Source: Promethearchaeota archaeon (lineage in GTDB: Archaea > Asgardarchaeota > Lokiarchaeia > Sigyniarchaeales > SOKP01). From it: 64,000 nt of DNA. This document shows, one piece after another, positions 38,610-48,500 of the stretch. The stretch is taken from contig JAEOTZ010000023.1 of the NCBI GenBank assembly GCA_016839585.1, positions 29,370-93,369 of the forward strand, given 5' to 3'. The first letter of the stretch is position 1. Every line of letters begins with the position of its first letter. Under the pieces are notes generated by a model. That model saw only the letters and a list, made by a program, of their open reading frames with translations. It was not told the DNA's origin and searched no databases. Position numbers and translations under genes: made by a program.

Positions 38610-39151
38610 TTAATCCATGGCGTATTTTTTCGTCCAAGCTGCTGCTTTAGCCTCGAATTTCTTCTGAGCACGAAAATATTGCTCACCTGCTTCATGATTC
38701 AATGGGTCGCCTGGATTGAAAAAGGGAGGTTCAACATGCATCATACCTTTTAATGCTTCTATGATATTAGTTAAAGTTTTACTTGGTGTCCACCCACTTG
38801 CCCCAGTCGATGCGTCAACTTTACCTACAAGGTCTGGATTAATTAAGTCAAGACATATATTTAACTTCCCTGGAGGGATAGAACTATCTATATTAGGATG
38901 CCACATGAGTGTCACAGCGTACGCATAAGGGGGTTGGAAAGGGTAATTTTCCAGAATGGAGACAACTATAGTCCACATTTTTCTGGGAATTTTATTTCAA
39001 AAACGAATTTTCCATCTGCGTAAGGAGTTCCTTTTTTACCAATAATAGTTAACCGTAAATGGTCAATTGAACGCCCCCAAGGTTCTAAAATAACGGAAGG
39101 TTCGTTCTTATACGCCTCTATAGCCTCAGTATAATCTGTCTCTTCTCTCAA
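38610..39151 (-). CDS. Ubiquitin-conjugating enzyme E2, two exons (39151-38981 and 38948-38610), 169 aa when spliced
   Basis: GTPYADGKFVFEIKFPE|NYPFQPP..WHPNID..IC*LDL..WTP..L..II..L..P..DPLNHEA; TTG start 6 nt after GGTGA. Confidence 0.92.
38949..38980 (-). other. Putative BHB-type mRNA intron, 32 nt
   Basis: CCAG-AA^A-AATG-TGGAC-TATAGTT-GTCTC-CATT-CTGG-AA^A; contains an in-frame TAG and its length is not a multiple of 3. Confidence 0.85.
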
Positions 39152-39316
39152 AATATTTCACCATTGCTTTTTTGTTAAAGGTTTTTAGCAAATCACCTTA
39201 AATAAAGGAATTTTATTAGATTATATCTTAAATTAATAAAAGGTTTTGTAATTAATTAATATATTTTAAAATAAGTATTTTAGATCATCTTAATTTTTCT
39301 TTTCTATAAGATTTCC

Positions 39317-42292
39317 CTAGTATTTATTATTATTTTGAAAATATCTATCCTCAATCTCTTCATAAGATAATCCTTCATCCTTAAATATTCGTTCGCAAAT
39401 TTCTTCAACCATATCCCAGCGAACTTCACCATTTTCTCTCAAAACACTTTTATAATTAAATTTCTCCAATAAAATTATTTCAGGTCTCATACCAAGAATT
39501 AAATTTTCTTTTGCAATTTTTTTTCTAAGAAGTCTTTTTGTTTCTTTATATGTGAGTCTAGACTTTTCGACAAATAAGTGTGAAATTTTCTTAAAATGAT
39601 TACTCATATAAGAATAAGAATAACCACATTTAGAGGCAATATCTGTCAATGTAATACTTTCATCTATTATCCAAAGAACCCAATCATTAATTGTATACCC
39701 TCTTAATTCACTTCTTAGCTCATTTAGATATTCTCCAATCCTAGACCAATCTAACTTATTTAATTTAACAAGCCTCTTCAAATCATTAAATTGAGCCCCC
39801 TTATACCAATCCTTAAGATTATCCAATAATGCTACTATAGATCTCCTAACAGCTAGACTAATCTCAACTGTATTATAATCATTGACATCCTTTATTAAGC
39901 CTTCAACAACAGGTCTAAAAATAATATCTTGTAAAATCATTAAACCACCCCAAATATCACTGAGTCTATTTTGAATAATATCTTCAGTATATAGCTTTTT
40001 ATATGCTCTTGTAAGAAGATCTGAGATTTCTGGAATATTAAAGCCTAAAGAAACAAGGGCTACTAAATCAAATAAAGGAACATCATAGATTAACGTCTTT
40101 AGACCGGAGCCTCCTCCTCCCGGGACCATATTAAGACCATTTGGATAAACAGTTCCTATAACTTCCTTCCCATTTACAAAATGTACATAATGTGTTGTAA
40201 ATTCGTGTTCAAGTTCTAAAGTAGTCTTTAAATCATCAACTCTTGCTAAATCTCTTTGCGTAAAGTAATTCAATATAATAGTATAGTAAACTCTCATTAA
40301 TATAGATGCATAGACATTATAATTCTTACTTTTAATCTCTCTAAGCTTAATCTCCAAATCTTTAAAATCATTTAATTGTTTATTTTTAATATATCTAAAA
40401 CCACTTGTTAAAACATATTTTTTAATTAAATCGAATTCTAATCTTAAAGCCAAAAGAATAGCTTGTCTAAAATATGGCATTTTCTTAATATTTCCTCTTT
40501 TATTGAATTGAACTATAGTGTTCATTATGTGGTTGATAAATCTTCTACTCTTCGAATGTGTATAGCCAATATATGGCAAATCTTTAAATTTTTGTAACTT
40601 ACACTCAAACAAGTAAATTATATATCTTCTTCTTTTCTTTACATCATTATGTATATTTAAATAATCTTCAATACCTTGCTTTATTAAATTAAACTTACTT
40701 TCTAATACCGCTCTGGATATTTCTATTAAACTTTCATATATATTTTCTCCTTTATGTTCTTTAGAAATTTGATTTAAAATACGATTATATGCTATTAACT
40801 CAACTAAATCGTCAATATTTTTTCGGTTATCAATCTCTTTTTCCTCTGAGTAGAAACATGATTTTTCTTTTTTGAGTAGCTCCCAATTAAAGTTATAATT
40901 AGCGAGATCTTGAATAATAGCTAGTTCTATTTTTAAATGATTCGATTTTTTAGTTCTGGTGTGAGTAATTTTGTAAATAGTATTTATTAGGTTTTGTAGA
41001 AATGATAGAAAGTTTTCTCTATAGAGCATATCAGATTTCAATTTGGCTTGTAATTTTTCATACTCCTTTTGAAATTCTTCTAGAGAGAGGTTATAAAACT
41101 TCTTTAAAAATTCTGGTTTAATTTTTTTTTCTCCTAAAATTTCATCTAAAATCTCACTTGCTAATCTTAGGTTATCAGTGGGATTCAATTTTCTGGGATC
41201 AGATTGTAGTGGAGTTAAATTTAGGGATGATTCAAGAACATAGTGAATAATTCTACTTAGAATCAGTGTTAAATTGAGCCTCAAATAAGGTGAATAATTA
41301 GTATCATTTTCAAAAAGTGCACTTACTTTTAATTCTTCAGCAATTAATTTTTGAAATCCTCTGAGTTTAGAGGAATAACCTTTACTATATGTTAATTTAT
41401 AGATTAGTTTTATTAATGAGCAGACATGGTCAATAAAGCTTTCCCGGTAAACCCAATCGATTTCGAGGTCCTTTCTTAGGCTTCTATATGGTTTAGAGAA
41501 ATTTCTCTTGAAATCATAATTTAGAACTAACGCTGTTATATCTTTAGCAGTGTTTAATGTATATTGCTTAGTCAATTCATTTTTGCTGTGCTTTAAATCT
41601 AAGATGTACCCCGGAGCTGTGATAATTCTATATATTTTTCTACATATTAGTATTGATAAAGAGTAGGAGAATGAGTTTTTAGTTTTAGCATTGATTTTAA
41701 ACCCATATTTTTCTTTTAATTTTTTCACAGCTTTCTGATTATATTTGGTGAGATTGGAGACTTCATAATCTCCATTAATTAATCTAAAAACAAATTTGAT
41801 ATTCTGTATAAAATAAGGCATATAATTGGATTGATTTTTTTTCTTCTTTTTTAAGCCTGAATGGAATTTCTCAAAATAATTTTCAATCTTCTTCTTTGAG
41901 GTTTTAGTCAATAATTCAGCACTATCGGAAGGAAGGGAAAGAGATAATAATAGCTTTCGTAGTTTTTTAGCAAGTTTGAATATCTGCGATTGTTTAAGAT
42001 CCTCTTGGTGCTTTAAAAGTGTCATGATTGAAAAATTAGCTTTCAGCAATTCATAAATCTTCTGATAGGTAAGATTTCTAATTTCTTGGCTTAATTCTTC
42101 AGTAATATAAGAAAATCTCATTATATTCTGTTCTAGTTGTGATTTTTCTTGATTTTGTGCATATACAGAACTATTTAGAGCACCACAAAATTCACAATAT
42201 ATAGGTTTATTGTCTATTTGATTGTGTTTTATAGGTTCACCACATTCTTCACAAGTCAAATTAGATTTGGTATCAGAGGAACTTTTAATCAT
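39317..42292 (-). CDS. Multidomain protein: Zn ribbon, three helical repeats, GIY-YIG-like nuclease, HTH-like tail
   Basis: CEECG..CEFCG; YIIYLF..YIGYT..RRFINH..LELE..YPNGLNMVPGG; ITLTDIASKCGYS. Confidence 0.7.
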   Translation of the reverse strand: MIKSSSDTKSNLTCEECGEPIKHNQIDNKPIYCEFCGALNSSVYAQNQEKSQLEQNIMRFSYITEELSQEIRNLTYQKIYELLKANFSIMTLLKHQEDLKQSQIFKLAKKLRKLLLSLSLPSDSAELLTKTSKKKIENYFEKFHSGLKKKKKNQSNYMPYFIQNIKFVFRLINGDYEVSNLTKYNQKAVKKLKEKYGFKINAKTKNSFSYSLSILICRKIYRIITAPGYILDLKHSKNELTKQYTLNTAKDITALVLNYDFKRNFSKPYRSLRKDLEIDWVYRESFIDHVCSLIKLIYKLTYSKGYSSKLRGFQKLIAEELKVSALFENDTNYSPYLRLNLTLILSRIIHYVLESSLNLTPLQSDPRKLNPTDNLRLASEILDEILGEKKIKPEFLKKFYNLSLEEFQKEYEKLQAKLKSDMLYRENFLSFLQNLINTIYKITHTRTKKSNHLKIELAIIQDLANYNFNWELLKKEKSCFYSEEKEIDNRKNIDDLVELIAYNRILNQISKEHKGENIYESLIEISRAVLESKFNLIKQGIEDYLNIHNDVKKRRRYIIYLFECKLQKFKDLPYIGYTHSKSRRFINHIMNTIVQFNKRGNIKKMPYFRQAILLALRLEFDLIKKYVLTSGFRYIKNKQLNDFKDLEIKLREIKSKNYNVYASILMRVYYTIILNYFTQRDLARVDDLKTTLELEHEFTTHYVHFVNGKEVIGTVYPNGLNMVPGGGGSGLKTLIYDVPLFDLVALVSLGFNIPEISDLLTRAYKKLYTEDIIQNRLSDIWGGLMILQDIIFRPVVEGLIKDVNDYNTVEISLAVRRSIVALLDNLKDWYKGAQFNDLKRLVKLNKLDWSRIGEYLNELRSELRGYTINDWVLWIIDESITLTDIASKCGYSYSYMSNHFKKISHLFVEKSRLTYKETKRLLRKKIAKENLILGMRPEIILLEKFNYKSVLRENGEVRWDMVEEICERIFKDEGLSYEEIEDRYFQNNNKY

Positions 42293-42450
42293 TTTATTCC
42301 TATTGTAGAAATTAATTTCGAGTTAGTTTCACAATAATTCTGTTATTTATTTATAAACAAAAAAAAAAAAAACTTACAAAAAAGTCCATTTTCCTTTAAA
42401 TATAACTAACAAATAGGTGATTAAACAAAAAATAATCATAAAATAGGAAA

Positions 42451-43079
42451 ATGGTCAGCATGAAAAGGAATAAAACTATTGTATTGGTATTAATGGCTAT
42501 AGTACGATAAATAGCCAAATCATTGATTCTATGTGGTATAACTTAAATAACACTTCCATTAATCAGACGTTCTCAGGATTTACTGGTATAATAAATTCAA
42601 GTATATGGGATCAATTTACTGAAGGGAATATCACAATCACATTTTATGCAAATGATACCTTGGGTTATATAGGTTCTGCTGAAGTATTAGTTGAGAAAGA
42701 TACAACATTTCCTATAATAATTATAAACTCACCAATGAATCATGATGTTTTTGCTACGGAATCCCCTAATTTTAACGTTACCATAATAGAAAAGAACCTT
42801 TTATACTCTTGGTATACAATAGAAGGCATAGCAGGAACCTTTCCGTTTTCAGGATTAACAGGTACAATCGACCAAGATGCATGGGATGATGCCCCTGAAG
42901 GAGAAATTACTATAACCTTTTATGCTCAAGATAGAGCAGGGAATATAGAGAGTGAAAGTGTTGTTGTCATGAAAAATATCCCTTCAAAACCAGTAATTCC
43001 AGGATACAATCTATTCTTTCTGTTTGGGATTCTATCAGTTTCAATAATCCTTATAAACAAAAAATTAAAAAAATCTTAA
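42451..43079 (+). pseudogene. Internally deleted surface protein with Ig-like repeat and Loki-CTERM-like sorting tail
   Basis: Signal-peptide stub MVSMKRNKTIVLVLMAIVR* is out of frame with a C-terminal part holding about 1.5 Ig-like repeats (ITITFYANDTLG/ITITFYAQDRAG) and IPGY-TM-KKLKK. Confidence 0.7.
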
Positions 43080-43267
43080 ATTCTAATTTCCTTTTATCAT
43101 TTATTTTTATTTAACTTCTTCTCATAGGGATAAAATGTGGAGGTATTCAGAATTATTTTTTTCTTAGCCTTTTATTAATAGAAAGTTAAGTTAATTCCAA
43201 ATAATTTCCCAAAGACTTAATTTTTCTAGTAAATTTATTTTCTTACTAGTTTTATTGAATTATCATA

Positions 43268-43897
43268 ATGTATAACAACATGAAAAAATTCCCATTTAAA
43301 GGAAAAAAGGTTATCATATTCGATTTGGATGGAACAATCGTAAGATTATCAGCAGATTGGAATTCATTGAAAAATATGATAGAAGAAAATTATGTGGAGA
43401 TTTATGGAGAAAGAGGTGAGTTTAATAGAATTTCTGCTTACCTTAATGATATAGTTGATAAGAAAGATGAAATGAATCTGAAAAAGTTTTTCAATATTAT
43501 CAAACGTTATGAACTTGAAAACATTAAAGAGACCCAACCAATTGAAGAAACTCTTTTCTTTATTAAGAATAAAGAAAAATTTGGTGTAGAAAAGGGAACA
43601 AAATTAGCAATCCTATCTCTTAATACAAGAACTACAATTTTAGAATCTTTAAAATTAGTGAGCTTAATGGAACAAATAGATTATATTATTGGAAGAGAGG
43701 ATGTAAGAAAATGGAAACCAAATCCCGAGGGTCTTTTTAAAATTCAAGATCACTACAAGATTAAGAAAGAAGAAATGATATTTTTTGGAGATTTACAAAA
43801 CGATATTCAAACTGGTGAAAGAGCAGGAATAGATACCTTTTTCATCGATGACCTAATAAATCTTGTAAAAATTTATAAGAAAAACCGAAATATTTAA
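43268..43897 (+). CDS. HAD-superfamily phosphatase
   Basis: IFDLDGT; LSLN; KPNPEG; FGDLQND..AG. Confidence 0.92.
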   Translation: MYNNMKKFPFKGKKVIIFDLDGTIVRLSADWNSLKNMIEENYVEIYGERGEFNRISAYLNDIVDKKDEMNLKKFFNIIKRYELENIKETQPIEETLFFIKNKEKFGVEKGTKLAILSLNTRTTILESLKLVSLMEQIDYIIGREDVRKWKPNPEGLFKIQDHYKIKKEEMIFFGDLQNDIQTGERAGIDTFFIDDLINLVKIYKKNRNI

Positions 43898-43901
43898 AGA
43901 T

Positions 43902-45488
43902 TTACATAAATGTAATTACGACATTATATTTTTTTATTTCTGATTCTACTAAAGCTTTGCCTAAAGGGCTTAAAGTCACAATTCCATTGCTTTTTATTTT
44001 TAAAGTAGTCAATTTTACATTAGGATCCTTCATTGAAGGTATATAAGGATTCCAATATATTTCTTTTGTCATTGGGTTGGTGATCATCCATAATTCTGGA
44101 TCTAATTTATATCCCGTTATCTCCATAGCTTTAAAAACATAACCAACATCAGCATCAAAAGGAACTACAATTTGTACGTTCTCTTCACCTTCAATTTTTC
44201 CGCAAGCTAGGCAATCTTCTCGTTTCATAATATTTAAATGGTCAAATTGACCATAAATACCATTATAGTTTACATATGGAGGATCCATCGGAGGACCGAT
44301 GTTTCTTCCTTTAATTCTAAATAAAAGCTTTAAAGCCTCTTGAGATTGTATACTAGAGATAACTGAGCTAACTGATTGTATGGCAGCGATTTTATTACCC
44401 AAAATATTTTCCATTTCTTCAAATTTGTAATCTGGTCCGAACGTTTCTTTTATATTTTTCTTCCATTCTTCTATTTCTTCTTCGGATAAAAGCTTTCTTT
44501 TCTCTGGAGGCACATTTTCGTCAAACACTCTTTCCCTTAATTTGTACAGTTCCTCTTCGGCTAATTCTTTCAATTTAATAACTTCATCGTTTAAATTAAG
44601 ATCAGGTTTATGACCAAACTTTTTTTCAAATTCTACTTCTGCTTTAATAACGCAATGATTCCTATTCCGTGGTAACCCTTTTAAGGTACAAGCAGCAACT
44701 AATTTATCATCAGCAGGAGGAATTGGAACTAGACATCTATAACAAGGTGTGATATTTAATAATCTAGGAGCATATTCTTTTTCAAAAACATTTTCAATTT
44801 CTTTTCTAACTTTTTTTTTAACAGGTTCAATTATCTCTTTTTTTATTCGCTCGATTCGATCTTCTAATTCTTCTATTCTTTTCATTGCCGCAAAATATTC
44901 AGGTAATTCAGTTTCATTGATCTCCCATAACTTAGATTCTACTAGGTTATCAATTTCACTCTCTCTATCTTTGTATTGTAAACCAGATCCTTCAGGAATC
45001 ACAATCTGAACGTGACCTTCGAAACCTACAGTCCCTCCCTCAACCATTAGTTTTTTCAATCTCAAGCAAATTTTATTCAAATCTAGTCGTGCATTAAAGT
45101 TATCTAAAGCAGCGATAACTACATCTGCCTCTTCATATACAGACATAGGTAATTTTTGGAGCTTTTCAAAATAATAGTCAACTTTCAAGTATGGATTTAT
45201 TTCTTTCAATCTCTCCGCCGCAACTTCAGCTTTCGGTCGTCCTTCATCTCCTGGTTTAAATAACATTTGACGTGATAAATTCGATGTTTCAATAGTATCT
45301 AAATCCACAAGAATCAGTTTGCCAATGCCCATCAGAGCGAAATCTTTAGCAATTTCACAGCCTAAAGCCCCTACTCCAATAATTAGGATACAACCATCAT
45401 CTAATATGTCTTGAGACCAACCATCTATTAATTGTTGCCTCGCAAACATACGAGATTTAAAAAAGTCTTTATTTTTTTGTTCTATCAT
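43902..45488 (-). CDS. Ubiquitin-activating enzyme E1-like (ThiF/UBA)
   Basis: GVGALGCE; DLDTIETSNLSRQMLF; LDNFNAR; PCYRC; catalytic ACTLKGLPRNRNHC; CLACG; UFD-like C-terminus. Confidence 0.92.
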   Translation of the reverse strand: MIEQKNKDFFKSRMFARQQLIDGWSQDILDDGCILIIGVGALGCEIAKDFALMGIGKLILVDLDTIETSNLSRQMLFKPGDEGRPKAEVAAERLKEINPYLKVDYYFEKLQKLPMSVYEEADVVIAALDNFNARLDLNKICLRLKKLMVEGGTVGFEGHVQIVIPEGSGLQYKDRESEIDNLVESKLWEINETELPEYFAAMKRIEELEDRIERIKKEIIEPVKKKVRKEIENVFEKEYAPRLLNITPCYRCLVPIPPADDKLVAACTLKGLPRNRNHCVIKAEVEFEKKFGHKPDLNLNDEVIKLKELAEEELYKLRERVFDENVPPEKRKLLSEEEIEEWKKNIKETFGPDYKFEEMENILGNKIAAIQSVSSVISSIQSQEALKLLFRIKGRNIGPPMDPPYVNYNGIYGQFDHLNIMKREDCLACGKIEGEENVQIVVPFDADVGYVFKAMEITGYKLDPELWMITNPMTKEIYWNPYIPSMKDPNVKLTTLKIKSNGIVTLSPLGKALVESEIKKYNVVITFM

Positions 45489-45585
45489 ATTTAAATTAAG
45501 AGTTTATGATTAAAATATTATAATTTTGTAAATAAAATTAGTAATTATTTTTAAAAGAAATTAGAATCTCTAATAAAATTTTATT

Positions 45586-48500
45586 TTATTTTTTCTTTTT
45601 TTTAGCAACTTCTTTAAGCATCTTTTTTATATCATCAACTTTTTCTCTTTCTTTAGCACTTTTTAGTTCTTCTACTTTCTTTCTCTTTTCATCCTCTTTT
45701 TTTGCCAATTCTGCAAAAAGATCTTCTTTTAATTGAATTAAACCTCCCATTTTCTTGCTAAAGTCTTGTGCTTGTTTCTTGATTTGAATTTTTTGTTGTT
45801 CTGCTTCAGTTCTTTGTTTTTTTCTTCGTTCTTCGATTAAAGTAATTACATCACCCGCTAAATCTCCAACTTCTGCTATAGTTTGTTGCAACTCAGACTC
45901 TTTTTGTATCCTCTGAGACTCCTCTAAAGATTTTTGCTTTTCTAATTGTTCATAAATTATTTGAATCCTTAAATCTTCTTTTTTTACTCGGTCTTCTAAT
46001 ATCTTTGTGTTTTTTATTTCATTTTGAATATACTTTACTTCCTCATCCCAACCAATTTCTCTGAATTTTTCAATCGCCAAATTAAAATTCTCATAGGATT
46101 GGTCAAAATCATGATATGCTGCCCATTTCTTTCCTTCATCAATTAAATTTAAACCTTCATCTCTTAATCTATCTGCTTGTTCTCTCTTTAAGTATAACTC
46201 TCTATATTGCCTTAGTTGTTCTTGTTTTAATTTTTCTTGTTCTATACGTCTTCTTCTTACTTCCTCTTGAAATAATATATATTCATTTTGTCTTTGTAAT
46301 CTAGCTTGTTCTTCTAATCTTTTCCTTTCAATGAAATTTGCTTTCTCTAGCTGTAAATCATTAATTAAATCGTTCAAATGGGTGATTTCAGGTTGCCAGC
46401 CGATATTTTCTGTTAAAAAGTCTCTGGCTTGAGTATATAATGCTATTGCGGAATCATAATCGGGAGAATGTCCTTTTAGGTGACTTTGAGCTTTTTCTAA
46501 AAGTGAATAAGCAGCTTCTCTTTGGTTCATTTGTTCCTGAATAACTCTCTCCCTTTCTTGAAGTGCTAATTGATGAGCTATTTTCTTTTCTTTTTCTTGT
46601 CTTTGTCTTTCTTCAATAATTGCTTGTAATTGTCTTTCTTCTTCTAATCTTTCTAACTCCCTTTGAAATTTTAATGGTTCTGTCTGTTCTTTTTGTTTTT
46701 TAAGTTCTGTAATCTTAGATATCATATTTTCAATAGATTTGGTTGGAAATTGTAATTGATTTAATAATAAACCAGCCTTTCTATAACTTTCTAATGCACC
46801 ATTATAATCTAATCTTTTTGAAGCATTTTCAGCTTCATCTAAAATCTTAAATGCTTCTTGTTTTCTTTTTTCTAAGATTCTTTTCCTTTCTTCGATTTCT
46901 AATATTTGAATTTGTTTTGATTTCAAACGATCTTTCTCACTATTGATACTTTCAGCAATTTTCCTTTGGAATTCTCGTTCTTCTCTTTCTTTTTGAATTG
47001 CCAGCTCTAATTCATTCTGTTTTTCTAGTTGATGTTCTTTTTTCTTCTCTTGAACTTTATGAATCATTTCTCTTATAGATTCAGTTGGGAATTGAATTTC
47101 GTTCAAAATTATTTCAGCATTACGGTAATATTCAAGGGCTTTATCATACTGTCCATTTTTCATAAAAATCTCTGCTTCTTCTAAAAGATTGAATGCATCC
47201 TCTTTTCTCTTTTCCATATAAACATATAATTCTCTCTGCTTCACAAGCTGCTGTTCTTTTGATTTCCTAATCTTATCTTTTATTTTTAACCGTTCATTAA
47301 TAACTTGTAGGAATAAAAATTCTTCTCTCTCTTTTTTAATTTGGTTTTCAAATAGTTTTTGTTTCCTTAAATTTTCTTCTTTTAGTTTATCCTGGATTTT
47401 TTGAATCATTTCCTTAACTGCAACTGTCGGAAATCTAATTTCATTTAAAATTAATTCAGCCTGACGATATTTTTCGATAGATTGCTCATAATTGCCTTGA
47501 TTTAATAAATTTTCTCCTATATCCATTATTTCAAAAGCCTCTTTCTTACGATTTTCCATGTAGAGTTTTAAATCTTCTAATTTTTGAATATCGATTTTTT
47601 TTGCTTGAATCCTTTCTTTTTCTTTTTGTAAATACTCAGTAACTTTCATTTGGAATTGTTCTTCTTCTTTTTGCCTCTTAATGACTATTTCCTGCTCTAA
47701 TTGTTTGTCTTTTTCTGTTTCTAATTTTCGATGTTTTACTGTTTGAATTGTTTCTTGTAACACTCTCAGATATTCACTTGTCCATCCAATTTCCCTTAAA
47801 ATTTCTATTGCTTTTTGATAATTTTCTATTGAATTATTAAATTTTTTTTGAGTGAGTAATAGATCTCCTTCCTCAATTAAATTGAAAGCATTTTCTTGCT
47901 TAGCTAAATTATGTGCGGATATAATTCTTTGTGTTTCTAAGAGTTCTTGTTGTTCTAATGCTTTAACTCTTTCAAATTCTCTCCGACGTTTAATTTTTTC
48001 TATAAAAGCATAATCTGCTTTCTCTTTTTCAATTTCCATTTGTAAGGTTTTCTGTCTTATTAAATCCTTTTCCTTCCTTTTGCTTTCAATATCCTTTATA
48101 GCTCTTTGAATTACAGGGATTTCTTCATTCCATTGTATTTGAGCAAAAATATTTGCCACCTTATGATATAATTCAATAGTATTGTCTAAGTTACCTTGAG
48201 ACAGTAGCTCATGCGCTTTATCCAACAAATTAAATGCTTCTTCTTTTCTCTTTTCTCGATGGGCTAGTTCTTGTTCTCTTTCTCTAAATGCAATCTCTTT
48301 CTGTTTTAATTTATCACGCTGAGCTTTCATCATCGTAGAAATTTGATCTTGAAAATCTTTATCTTGCTTTTCTCGCTCTAGAGTTTTCTGTAATTCACTT
48401 TGTTTCTCTAATTCTGTTTCACGTTTCTTAGTTTCAATTTCAAAAATCGAATTTTGTATCAAGCTAACTTCCTCATCCCATTTTATTTCGGTAAATATTT

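Noticed and set aside
38610-38978. Stand-alone 122-aa E2 starting at ATG 38978
   Set aside because: That ATG is inside the putative intron, and the product would lack the N-terminal helix and strands of the UBC fold
38949-38982. Programmed ribosomal frameshift or sequencing indel as the explanation for the split E2
   Set aside because: A frameshift would leave about 10 extra residues inside the tightly conserved FPxxYP motif. Exact 32-nt removal at BHB positions restores it
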